This document shows, one piece after another, positions 12,201 to 24,256 of a stretch of 64,000 nucleotides of DNA. A model generated the notes under the pieces. It had not been told where the DNA came from, did not search any database, and saw only the letters and a program-made list of their open reading frames with translations. This DNA is from Octopus sinensis (taxonomy: Eukaryota), in the NCBI RefSeq assembly GCF_006345805.1, contig NC_042997.1, positions 27,032,001 through 27,096,000 on the forward strand. Direction: 5' to 3'. Numbering within the stretch: position 1 is the stretch's first letter; each line of letters begins with the position of its first letter. The position numbers and the translations under genes are program-made.

Positions 12201-13493
12201 AAATGTGCTACCAATAGTGGCTGATCGTCAGTTTTTCTTCGAATTTTGTTTCAATCATTCTATAATGTATGTGAATGTCATTACGGAGCATTAATTATTT
12301 ATGATACTGAAAATTGTTTCAGTTTAACACTAACTTCAAACATTAAAATTTTACATATAAAAATATTAACGATCACATATGATAATTAAATGAAGATTGT
12401 TTTTACTTTGATAACATAATTTGTGGCATCGTGGCAGATATTATATGATATAATGTGCAATAAATGATCAATAATGTAAGAATTTTCAATATAATTAAAA
12501 GATTGTAAAACTGAATGTCTCTAGTTCTTCCCAGTTTATGCATTAGTATTATGAACTGCATTGGTACACCAAATCATTTAATTCTACAGAAAGTATTGTA
12601 CATCTGTGATTTAGCGTAATATGAATCAAAGTATTTAGTAATATAGTATAGTAGATTTCGATAATTCTATGGTTAAAATTTAAACACTTAGCAAAAGTAT
12701 TATTAATGTTGGTTCTCAAATAAGGACGGCGAGCTGGCAGAATTGTTAGCTCGAAGGGAAGCTGAACAACGATGGCATTGGAATATTGTTTGAGGTTCGA
12801 AAACAATGAAAGTACTGTAGATTTATAACTGCACTGCAATTCCTGTAGTACTAGCTTGAACCAAGCAGGAAGTTACCGAAGCTAGATGGATGATAATACC
12901 ACACCACCCACAGCCTCGGTAATGGCATGATCAAAGTATATCTAACAATAACGGGATGGGTTTTATCAATCAACATAACACAGAATTGCTGGAGGTTCAG
13001 GGCAAAGTGTAAAACGGAATATGGAGCACATGGAACTTGTGGGACAGAAAAAATCATACTAAACCAAGCTTCTTATTGATAAAACTGACATATAGTACCC
13101 AATAAATAGGAGTACGGAAAAAGCGATGGTCTGATACTTCTAAAGAATTGACTGAGGTGGAACGAAAATTCGAACTCTCTACTACATGAGGAATGTAGTG
13201 CAGATTTCATCATAATTGATGAACGACGGAAAGAAATTCCTCAGTCTATCACCAGCTTCCCTAGATTTGCATTTACAGCTGTTCCTTTATCAGCAACAAG
13301 TTCTTTTGCATTGTAAATATTTCACCTTTGCAACTGAAAGATTGTACATGTGTATGGCAACCACCTGCTATGTATCTCAAATGCTTGAATTGGAAAGAAT
13401 ACCCCCCTGAAGTGGATAGAATGATTCTTTTATATACGACATAAAAAATGAAATATGGTAAGATCACCAAAAGCAAAAAAAAAAAAGAATATA

Positions 13494-14401
13494 CGGGGGA
13501 GTACCCAAAAGTAACCGGAAACGTTCTCCGTGGGACAAGCCCGTTGTAGTTCAGGCTTCCGCCGCTACCTACACGCCACTTGATGCGACCCTCAGGCATC
13601 AGTCTACCAACCGGTGTTGGTTGGTGGGTTCACACTGCTACGTGGTGTGTCTTTGTTTTGAAGTGGTTCTCCCATGTTCGTCGATTTTTACGTTGGCTGA
13701 ATCGAAAGAACAGCGTGCTTCCGTGAAATTCTGCTATCTGCGAAGGAAAACGGCAGACCAAACAATTGTCATGCTTCAAACAGCTTACAAGGATGCTGCC
13801 ATGAGCAAAACAAGTTTACGAGTGACTTTTACGCTTTAGGAATGGTCACTTGTCACTTGAATACCAACGTCGTTCAGGGCTACTGTCTACATTCCGAATG
13901 AATGAAAACATCACGAAGATTCATGAATTAATCTTGGAGGACCGTCACCGAACAATTGAAGAATTTTTGATACGACTGGTGAGTCTTGGAGCTCCTGCCA
14001 ACGACTTTCGAGCGAGGAATTGCGAATGAAAAGAGTTCCAGTAAAATGTGTGCCTCGCTTGCTTACGGAAGATCAAAAGCAGTCACGACTGAATAGGTGT
14101 TGTGAACTGAAAGAACTGTTGGAAGTTGAACCGGACCTTTTTCTGAAGGTCATCACTGGTGACGAAATCTGCCGATATGAAATTTGTACATGCAGAAGAG
14201 GTGAACGAAAAAGAACGACGGATGCGTTAAAAGATATCACACGCAGGAATTCCAGCACTTCTTCGAATAGTGGAAAATGCGCCTGGAACTATGCATTGTT
14301 TCAAATGGGGAAAACTTTGAAGGCGATAAAAGCGTAAACATGTAAAACTAAGTGAATAAAATAATATTGCAAAATTCCGTTATTTTTTTTACACCTTCGC
14401 G
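13494..14401 (+). mobile_element. Internally deleted mariner (Tc1/mariner) transposon
   Basis: TA flanks at 13492-93 and 14402-03, degenerate TIRs; AESKEQRASVKFC, KCVPRLLTEDQK, KVITGDE, then a jump to the C-terminus (WKMRLELCIVSNGENFEGDK); DD34D core mostly missing. Confidence 0.85.
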
Positions 14402-14836
14402 TAAAATCGCTTTTGCCCGTGGATAGAATTCTAGCTTCTCCACACCCATTTAATAAAAATTCTTAGTGATCTTCAAAAAAAAAAAAAAGATTACGATGAT
14501 AGGGACTTCGCTTTTCAACATGATACAATGCATGATAGGTAGCAGTTCTGTGATTATTTATTTCAAGCATTATTATCATTTCTAGTGAAAAATTTTTAAA
14601 ATTTTCATCGGTTTATCCGTGTTTTAATATAGGTCTCCTAACGACAATGTAAACTTCATATGATGAAGATGTCCTTGGCCTGAAGAGTAGTATGCAGTAT
14701 ATATTTCACTTGGTTAATTACTACTTCCGAGGTTCCGCTCACTATAAAACACATGTAGCCCGGATTTTATCTACGTCATTCCTTATATATAGAAATCCAT
14801 TTTCGGATTTATATATATATATATATATATATATAT

Positions 14837-15143
14837 CACATGATCACATGACCGACCAGTCCATCAAATGTTGTTACACATCGCTGGTCACAATGCGTTC
14901 GCATTGTTTTTTAGCCTTCGAATGACGCCACCCCGCTGGCTAAGTGAGCAGGCCAACAGAAGAAAGTGTGGGAGAAAGAGTGGTGAAAGAGTACAGCAGG
15001 GATCACCACCCCCTGCCGGAGCCTCGTGGAGCTTTTAGATGTTTTCGCTCAATAAACACTAACAACGCCCGGTCTGGGAATCGAAACCGCGATCCTACGA
15101 CCGCGAGTCCGCTGCCCTACCCACTGGGCCAGTGCGCCTCCAC
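14837..15143 (-). mobile_element. tRNA-derived SINE family V (head GTGGAGGCGC), tail variant 1
   Basis: A-box-like TGGCCCAGTGG, B-box-like GGTTTCGATTCC, body GAGCGAAAACA(C/T)CTAAAGCTCCACGAGGCTCC. Confidence 0.8.
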
Positions 15144-15144
15144 C

Positions 15145-15190
<46 letters not shown>

Positions 15191-15530
15191 TGTGTGTGTG
15201 TGTGTGTTTGTGTGTGTCTGTGTTTGTGTGTGAGTGTGTTTGTGTGTGTTTGGGCGTATGTGTATACGTATGTATGTATGTATACACACACACACACACA
15301 CATATATATATAATCAAAAAATAACAAGATGTCAGGTATTAAGCAATGCTACCGTTTCTTCGTTTAATCGAGCAATGCAAGCATGACACCAATTTAAATA
15401 AAGTGCCATCTTCAGTTGCAAAAAATATGGATTCTCAACGCGTAAGATATATTAATAGTGCAACAGCGGCAACATGGAATTCTTTCATCCTCTAGCTCTG
15501 ATAAAATATTTGAGAAAAGTTATACTAATA

Positions 15531-15945
15531 GGCGCAAGAGTGTCTGCGTGGTAAGTTGTTTGCTTACCAACCACATGGTGATGGGTTCAGTCCCACTGTG
15601 GGGCAACTTGGGCAAGTGCCTTCAACTATAGCCTCGGGTCGACCAAAGCCTTGTGAGTGGATTTGGTAGACGGAAACTCAAAGAAGCCCGTCGTATATAT
15701 GTATGCGCGTGTGTGTGTGTATGTGTGTTCCTCTTTGTGTTTGTGTGTGTGTGTGTTTGTCCTCCCAACATCGCTTGTCAACCGATACCAGTGTGTTTAT
15801 GTCCCTGTAACTTAGCGGTTTGGCAAGAGAAACCGATATGATAAGTATTAGGTTTATAAAGAGCAAGTCCTGGGGTCGATTTGCTCGACTAAAGTCGGTG
15901 TTGCAGCATGGCTGCAGTCAAATGACAGGGACAAATAAAAGAATA
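15531..15945 (+). mobile_element. SINE family K, full copy
   Basis: gggttcagtcccactg...ttgggcaagtg...internal (TG)n...agtcaaatgac tail. Confidence 0.8.
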
Positions 15946-16175
15946 AGATATCTTGTCTGTTGAAAATTCATATTTTTGCGACTGAAGATGGCACTATATT
16001 TAAATTGATGTAATGCTTGCATTGTTCTATGAAACGGAGCCGCCTGAAACGGTCACATTGAATTAATCCCTGATATCATTTTACTTCATTTTATTCACCT
16101 TACCTTGAACTTTGCAGATAATACCGGGCTGAGTTGATGCCTCAATTTAAGTACCTAATTCATATGAATATTAAT

Positions 16176-16212
<37 letters not shown>

Positions 16213-16214
<2 letters not shown>

Positions 16215-16787
16215 TGCTAAATTTGTTGAGTTTATAAACTATTTGGCTGCTTGTTCCTCTGGAGACTATCAGAATGATGTAAGACGCTTCTGATGACAAT
16301 CCAATAATGTTCGAAAATCGATTAAGGTTGTTCATAATTTCTTTCAGTCTGCAGAGAAAGGGTTAAAATTTGCTCTGTTTATAATTATACCATATATTAC
16401 ATATATATTTATACGCATACACGAATGTATATATATATGTGTGTGTGTGTGTACGTAATATACGTACTCTGTTATACTCTTGATACTCTGTGGACTAAGA
16501 TCTACTTTGAGAGCCGCTGGTATTCATATAGTGTTAAGCACTTTAAGTATGCAAATTAGAGATTCCTTCATGGATTAACTGCTACATTCGTTTAGTATAT
16601 AAACAGTTTGGCTGTTTGTTTCTCTGAAGGCCATCAGAATGATGTAGACGCTTCTGATGAAAACCGAATAAAGTTCGAAAATCGATTAATGTCGTACATC
16701 ATTTTATTTTTTCAGTCTGCGGAGAAAATGTCTAAAATTTGCTCCGTTTATAATTACACCATATGTTACATATATATACACATACAC

Positions 16788-16800
<13 letters not shown>
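16213..16800 (+). repeat. ~225-bp diverged direct duplication (period 366 bp), each unit with a hammerhead-like motif; possible Penelope pLTR remnants
   Basis: 16213-16440 resembles 16579-16800; CTGATGA...GAAAATCGATTA at 16290 and 16654. Confidence 0.6.
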
Positions 16801-16845
<45 letters not shown>

Positions 16846-17066
16846 TTTATTTAAAGCAGCAGAAAATTCAACAAAACCTGTTATTCTGAGTTTCCCGTTG
16901 CCGTTCATCGAACAGTTTTTGCTAGAATAGAACCGATATGTCAATTCTATCCAGACTAGTATAAACGCTACACCTTTAAAAATGGACTTGTTTGATTGGT
17001 CCTTTACAAATAACGAGCGATAAACAAAAATGAGCTCAAAATATATATGTTTATATATTTATATAT

Positions 17067-17131
<65 letters not shown>

Positions 17132-17143
17132 TATATATAATAT

Positions 17144-17174
<31 letters not shown>

Positions 17175-17524
17175 GTATATATAAATTATAAAATTCGAGG
17201 AAAAACCTTACATTGAATAAAATACATATTGACATTAATAAAGGAAAATAAGTAATATATGGAAATTGAAATTAAAATGTTAAAATGCCTTAAAATATTA
17301 CACGGCCGTACATATTCATATTAAACTATACATATATACATCAACATACACAGATAGATTCGTGAAGACCACATACATATACAGACGTATAAATATAAAG
17401 CTAAAATATACACACAAATGCATGTACACATATGCATACGCAATCTAGTTCGCACGCAAAACCACTGTATCTATAAAGACTACAAGCTAAAATCCCCATC
17501 CATGATTTTAGCTTATAGTCTTAT

Positions 17525-17780
17525 GTGGAGGCGCGTGGCTTAGTGGTTAGGGTGTCAGCATCATAATCGTAAGACTGTGGTTTCGATCCTTGGATCGGTC
17601 TACGCGTTGTGTTCTTGAGCAAAACACTTCACTTCACGTTACTCCACTCCCTCCACTCAGCTGGTAAAAATGAATAACGCTGCGATGGACTGGCGTCCCG
17701 TCCAGCTGGGAAGCACATATGCTATAGAAACCAAGAAACCGGGCCCATGAGCCTGGCTAGGCTTTAAAAGGGCGCATTTA
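17525..17780 (+). mobile_element. SINE family V with V-domain-like body
   Basis: GTGGAGGCGC head, GGTTTCGATCC, then GCTGCGATGGACTGGCGTCCCGTCCAG, which resembles the V-SINE central domain as I recall it. Confidence 0.7.
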
Positions 17781-17829
17781 TTTTTTAATATACAAACGTA
17801 CGTGTATGTATATATGTATGTATATATAT

Positions 17830-17871
<42 letters not shown>

Positions 17872-18017
17872 CATATATACATACACGTACGTTTGTATAT
17901 TAAAAAATAAATGCGCCCTTTTAAAGCCTAGCCAGGATCATGGGCGCGGTTTCCTGGTTTCTATGGCGTATGTGCTCCCCAGCTGGACGGGACGCCAGTC
18001 CATCGCAGCGTTATTCA
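17671..18017. repeat. Inverted duplication (palindrome) centred on (TA)n
   Basis: Arms mirror about ~17844 with a constant coordinate sum of 35688; each arm includes SINE tail plus flanking sequence. Confidence 0.9.
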
Positions 18018-18126
18018 ATGGACTCCTTATTCAATCCGAATTAGGGACTTTGCAGCCTTTGAAACATATGTAGAAAATAATGAAAAGGAATTTTGTTAAA
18101 TCTTCGTTCAGCTCCATTTCTTCCTA

Positions 18127-18177
<51 letters not shown>

Positions 18178-19574
18178 TGTGTGTGTATGTATACGTATAT
18201 AAACGCATGTATATATGGTCACCAAATTGCAATCACATTACAGCCACACGTACATTTATGCAAAAGCTTATCTAAGTATACTTGCTATTGTTTATTGACC
18301 TATATCATGTAATGATACATGCCATAATTTAAGTTCAGTTGAATAATGAATTCAGTTTAACTAAACACTGTGTGTGTGCGTGTGTGTGTATGTGTGTGTG
18401 AGACGTTTACACGCTAACACATACACACATACACGCAAATATATATACACTACTTACGCAAATATCCAATCGCAATTAAACATATCCAGAGAATTTTTTG
18501 TACTCTATATAAGGATGAACATGGCAGAGAGAAATAAACAGACGGATAGAAACGCAATGTGGCATAAATACTAAAATCAGAATATACAATATGGCTGTTT
18601 CACGCAATACAAAAATATACTGATAAATATAATGCATTAATGCCATTAGATGCTAATGTTAAACTTAACACTACAGCTAATATTTCATGGTATTCCGTGC
18701 TTAGCGGATACACGCTTTAGATTTTGATACTATCTGTTGAAAGCTGAGGGATATTTTTATAGCCGATGATATGTATATTTGTGTGCGTATCAATTTCTAT
18801 GTATGTATGTACGTGCGATAGTGATATGTAAGTGTGTATGTGCTTGTATGTTTCTGTTTGTGTGTAAATCTGTATATGTGTATATGTGTATGTCATGGTG
18901 TGCAATTTGTTTAGAGTTTCGCTAAATACTGATAATTATCTTGTTCTCTTCCCATAGATTATCAATCCTGCGATAATGGTATCACTTGATTATATGCGGC
19001 AAGTAATAATCAAACGTACACATGCACGCACTTAAATACTCATATATACACAAGAGAGATTCAAACACATACACACATGCTCACAGACACAGACACGAGA
19101 AATAACGCTGAGAACAGATACACAAACGTAACCATCTATAGACCACATGTATTACCATGTATTAAATACTCATGTTTGCATATATTATTACTATAGCTTG
19201 TCTGCCTGATCAAAGCCTAAATAATTATGTCCCCCTGTGCCTCATTGATAACGCTATTTCCCAGCATTAAATTCCCAACAGGGTTTTTCTGTAACTACAT
19301 ACATGATAGGCTTCGCATGGTTACAACTGGAATTTGTTTCTGAGAAGCAAGAGATCTCGGCGGATTCAACCAGGCAAAATGTTTCGATAGCGTGATAAGA
19401 CATTCACGCCTGTGTGAGTTCGCGCGTTGTTTCTAAATTCATTTCCCGACATATTAATTGCGTTCAAGTGGTTTCTTACTGATATATTTTGAACCTTTAC
19501 AGCTTCATTTGCATTTAATTGACTTTGTTACAAAACTGATGTTCATATGTATACATACTTATGTCTATGTCTGT

Positions 19575-19942
19575 GTGGAGGCGCAATGGCCCAGTGGTTA
19601 GGGCAGCGGACTCGCGGTTTCGATTCCTAGACCGGGCGTTGTGAGTGTTTATTGAGCGAAAACACCTAAAGCTCCACGAGGCTCCGGCAGGGATGGTGGT
19701 GATCCCTGCTGTACTCTTTCACCACAACTTTCTCTTACTCTTACTTCCTGTTTCTGTTGTACCTGTATTTCAAAGGGCCGGCCTTGTCACTCTCTGTGTC
19801 ACGCTGAATATCCCCGAGAACTACGTTAAGGGTACACGTGTCTGTGGAGTGCTCATCCACTTACACGTTAATTTCACGAGCAGGCTGTTCCGTTGATCGG
19901 ATCAACCGGAACCCTCATCGTCGTAACCGACGGAGTGCTTCC
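19575..19942 (+). mobile_element. SINE family V, tail variant 2
   Basis: Head plus shared body plus tail CACGTTAATTTCACGAGCAGGCTGTTCCGTTGATCGGATCAACCGG...CGGAGTG; also at 57079 and 63023. Confidence 0.8.
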
Positions 19943-20334
19943 TATGTCTGTATGCGCGTCTGTGTGTATGTGTGTGTGCTAGAATAAGGGTGATGTTTAA
20001 GAATACAAATACAATGTCTACAGACGATATGTCTCAATTCTAAGAATATTGAAGCTTACACACACAACTCACATACACACATTGCGCGCGCACACACACA
20101 CACACATACGTACATATCTATAAATATACATAAATATATGTGTGTATGTATATATGTATGTATGCATGTATGTATGTATATATATACACCGGAGCAAGGA
20201 CATAAATGCGAAACAAGGTGGAAAAAATAGTACTCGAATACAGAGGTAGAGTAATATACTTTATTGAAAGCAGCAACAATATCACAAAAGCTGTTACTCA
20301 GATTTTCACATTCCCGATCGTGGGACAGTTTTAC

Positions 20335-20529
20335 TCTTACTCTCTCTTTTACTCTTTTACTTGTTTCAGACATTTGACTGCAGCCATGCTGGAGCACCGC
20401 CTTTAGTCGAGCAAATCGACCCCAGGACTTATTCTTTGTAAGCATAGTACTTTAGGTTACGGGGACGTAAACACACCACCATCGGTTGTCAAACAATGTT
20501 GGGTGTGGACAAACACAGACACACAAACG

Positions 20530-20587
<58 letters not shown>

Positions 20588-20646
20588 CACATATATACGA
20601 CGGGCTTCTTTCAGTTTCCCTCTACCAAATCCACTCACAAGGCTTT
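20335..20646 (-). mobile_element. SINE family K, headless
   Basis: Tail and body match other K copies and stop at ccactcacaaggcttt. Confidence 0.75.
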
Positions 20647-20647
20647 A

Positions 20648-20935
20648 GTCATCGGACATTGTGTTCAATACCACCCAACCTGATCAAAAATCTGAAAACC
20701 TTAGGCATTCCCTACAATCGATGTATTTCAAAAGTCGTCATTACTTGGAACTTATGCATATTGCGTAAAGTACTGTCTGTCTGAGGTCTTTGTAGTGATA
20801 ATAAACACTACAAAATCTGCACTCCTGCTTACTGGTATGAACATCATCCTGAGGTAGTATTTTAAGGTAACAATGTCATTACCCTTTGCGATTTTCCAGC
20901 CAACACTGGGAAGAAAAGCTTGAAGACTAATAGAT
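20648..20935 (+). mobile_element. 3' end fragment of an RLE non-LTR element
   Basis: Pieces read IPPNLIKNLKTLGIPYN, VFQKSSLLGT and ILRKVLSV*, the typical RLE C-terminus, then a 3' UTR. Confidence 0.65.
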
Positions 20936-21004
20936 GTAAGTGTTCTCAGTTATAAATATATGTCTGTAAAGGAATTTGACAAAGTAAGTAACTATAATAG
21001 ATAG

Positions 21005-21243
21005 CTCCGGGTTCAGTCCTACTGCGTGGCACATCCAGCAAGAGTCTTCTGCTATAGCCTCGAGCCGACCAAAGCCTTCTGAGAGGAAACTGAAAGAAGC
21101 TTGTCGTATATATAAAAGAGACCGATAGAATAAGTACTACGCTTACAAAGAATAAGTCGTGGGGTCGACTTGTTCAACTAAAGGTGATGTTTCGGTATGG
21201 CCGCAGTCAAATAACTGAAATAAGTAAAAGAATAAAAGAATAA
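21005..21243 (+). mobile_element. SINE family K, internally deleted
   Basis: gggttcagtcctactgcgtggc ... gccgcagtcaaataactgaaataagtaaaag. Confidence 0.7.
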
Positions 21244-21244
21244 G

Positions 21245-21396
21245 AACCTCGAAATTGAAATACAAAAGATCTGGCATCTTAAAGCGAGAACTCTTCCTGT
21301 TATTGCATATGCCCTTAGTATGTAAAGAAAGGGATGTCAGAAGCATCTAGATAATATCCCAGGAGAACCATGTCTCAGAGAAATCCAAAAGATGCA
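21245..21396 (+). mobile_element. RLE C-terminal fragment of an R4-like element
   Basis: NLEIEIQKIWHLKARTLPVIAYAL...HLDNIPGEPCLREIQK. Confidence 0.7.
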
Positions 21397-21945
21397 GTGC
21401 CAGGTAGTGGTTCTCATGGCTTCTGATCTGAACTAATTGGAAGTATTATTTTATAGACTGTTTTGTCTTGGTATAAAAGATGCGCTACAGCAAATATTCT
21501 GCTCAATACCACAGATTTGCTTGTCAGTTACTTGACCTTAACCAGCTGAGCATGTCCCTTAGTGGGTGACAGTATGTGCACCTCTAATCATGAGCAGAAG
21601 TAGTAGGAAATTATCATAGCCAAGTGTTGAGAGGAATTCTTTGGAGTTTGGGTAATTCACCTCTGGAAACGTGGGTGTTTTGTTCAACATCCTTATACAA
21701 CCCTTATTCAGGGATCTTTTGAGCAGGATGGGCTATCGATATGAAGAAAATTCTAACTGGGCCCCACCTGCAAGGTCATGTGCTCTTTAACGTGATATAA
21801 GATCACTATATTGCGCACATATTCTTGTGATGCATGTGCCTGTTGTACCCTTATCAGAGGGGTAGTCATGAAGCGTATACATGGGTTCGTATATTTTAAC
21901 CCAATGTTACTTTGATGACATGCACGGCTCTCTCACTCAATAATA
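21393..21945 (+). mobile_element. ~560-bp noncoding (AAT)-tailed element, copy 1
   Basis: Matches 44064-44621 (-) and 49464-49922 (+); ends ctctcactcAATAAT. Confidence 0.8.
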
Positions 21946-22015
21946 TTTAGATATTGATAACAACAACAACAACAACAACAATAATAATAATAATAATAAT
22001 AATAAATATTAATGA

Positions 22016-22334
22016 ATACCCCAATGAAGCACCAGACAATGGCTGCCATGTCTTGTGACCATTACAGAGTGATTGGCCGTACATTGTTTTGTCTTGGTAT
22101 AAAAGATGGGCTTTAGCAAATATTCTGTTCAACACCACATAATCGCTTGTCAGTCGCTTGACCATAACCAGTCATGCGCTGTATATTTCGATACGATATC
22201 ACTATGTCGCCCACCTATGGTTGTGATGCATGTGCCTGGTGTACCGATATCAGATGAGTATTCATGATGAGTATATCGGGTTTCGTATATTTTACCCAAT
22301 GTCACTTTGATGGCATACACTGCTCTCTCATTCA
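22016..22334 (+). mobile_element. Internally deleted relative of the ~560-bp element
   Basis: Shares ttgtcttggtataaaagatg and atggttgtgatgcatgtgcctggtgtacc...cactgctctctca; follows an (AAC/AAT)n run. Confidence 0.7.
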
Positions 22335-22789
22335 ATGTTAATAGTAAATATACTCCATACATTAAAAGTTAAAGAAATATCCTATACAGAGAATTTTTAC
22401 ATCCATAATCAGCAATATAATGATATATAAGATCAAAACGGCAAAAGCACTTTTCTATATGCCACAACGAAAAGAAATCGTTTCCTTGTGAACTACAACA
22501 GCAAAATGACGTGTACCTGTGCTATGAATCGTGCACAAAATATACCAGTTTTGACCCAAAAGGTAAAAGACTTGATTATGTGGAAGCACTATTTGTAATT
22601 ACTAAATATATTAATTTTCTTTACATGTTATTGTTCTTGAGTTACAGCTGAGAAGTTATATACTAGAAATATTTTAAAATCTATTTGGTCCATTTCTACT
22701 CGTGATAAATGCACACTTAATAATTTTTTCCGATTTCACCATTATTGATTTGTTGATGGTGTACTGACATTCATTTGTTTTGCGAGAAC

Positions 22790-24250
22790 TAGTTTGTCTG
22801 ATGCTTATGCTTCAAGACGTGCTGTTGCTATTATGGTTATACATTATAAAAAAGGAAATTCTACTTAAGATGTCAGAAACTGATATGAAAAACATCATCT
22901 GTATACAATAAAAAAATTCAGAAATTTTACAGATATTCTCGAATACGTTTAAGCAACATTTTGTTTCCTGAAGGAGTCTGTTTGGTGCAGAACTAGCAAA
23001 TTCTATACCATAACCAAAGTAAACAAAAATAAAGCTACAGGGAATGTTTGTTAAACCCTAAATCCAACCATGTCGAAATACCGGCTCCAGAGAATTGGGA
23101 GGTCTTTGATGTAGCCAATTATAGCAGGTCTTGAATGTAGAACAAATAAGCTAAGTAATATTGTAGACACTTTATTTGAACCTTTCTTAAATTTTACCCA
23201 GTATTTTATTCGAATTGATCTCTATATGCAAAATCGAACATTCAGATATTGATTAAGTTGATGTTGGTAATTTATATGCGTGGGAGTGGTTGTGTGGTAA
23301 TGGGAGTGGTTGTGTGGTAAGTAGTTTGTTTACCAACCACATGGCTCCGGGTTCAGTCCCACTGCGTGGCACTTTGGGCAAGTGTCTTCTACTATAGCCT
23401 CGGGTCGACCAAAGCTTTGTGAGTGGATTTGGTAGGCGGAAACTTAAAGAGGCCCGTCGTATATATATGTATATATGTATGTGTGTATATGCTTGTGTAT
23501 CTGTGTTTGTCCCCCCAACATCGCTTGACAACCGGTGCTGGTGTGTTTACATCCAGTAACTTGACGGTTCGGCAAAAGAGACCGATAGGAAAAGTACTAG
23601 GCTTACAAAGAATAAGTCCTGCAGTCGATTTGCTCGACTAAAGGCAGTGGTCCAGCATGGCCACAGTCAAATGAGTGAAACAAGTATAAGAGTAAAAGAT
23701 TAAATCCTGAAACTGAATAAGATTAGATAAGCTCTTCATACATAGTAGTTTCTGCTTCTACAGAGCATCGCAGAAATGGTTATCATTGATGTTGTGAGAT
23801 TCATATTACAAAACAACTATTTCATATTCGATGATTCACCGTACATAGAAAATATCATCGGCATCAATTGGTAGTAAACTAGTACACTCCCCCACTTATA
23901 TCAGACTAGTTCTGTATTATCTATCATGAATGAAAATAATCTATAATGTATGTTATAAATATCTCGCATTGCATTTTACACGTATTTAAAAAGCATATCT
24001 AACTGGCTGTTTTATTTTATAGCAGAATATGCTTGATATGGATATCCAAATTTTGAAAAATCTGCCCAAGAATATAAATTTAATAATGTAGTTTCAATTC
24101 TAATTCTCAGAATTTCATTGATGTAATAATATGTCGCATACATAAGGAAAACTACAGCAGACAAGCTGGATTCTTACTAAGTAAATGACTAACGTACAAA
24201 AACATGGACTGCAACTTAGTTATAAGAAAGTAATTAAACATTCGTTCAGT
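22790..24250 (+). pseudogene. Decayed Penelope-like element reverse transcriptase, interrupted by a family K SINE
   Basis: By-eye pieces in PLE RT order: AVAIMV, SKFYTITKVNK, PIIAGLECRTNKLSNIVDTLFEPFL, VDVGNLY, FILQNNYFIFDD, LKNLPKNINL, FIDVII. Confidence 0.65.
23281..23700 (+). mobile_element. SINE family K, full copy
   Basis: Head carries a 20-bp duplication (tgggagtggttgtgtggtaa x2); CORE-like body; tail aagtataagagtaaaag. Confidence 0.85.
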
Positions 24251-24256
24251 CGACAA

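Noticed and set aside
12790-13200. Possible RTE-like C-terminal remnant (YGAHGTCGTEKIIL, KKRWSD)
   Set aside because: Similarity is too weak to support by eye; needs a translated search.
14944-15327. ORFs of 60-126 aa across SINE and (TG)n
   Set aside because: SINE and dinucleotide repeat translations. The same applies to the CV/HT/IY-rich ORFs at 16-20, 25, 28-30, 36, 39 and 58-61 kb.
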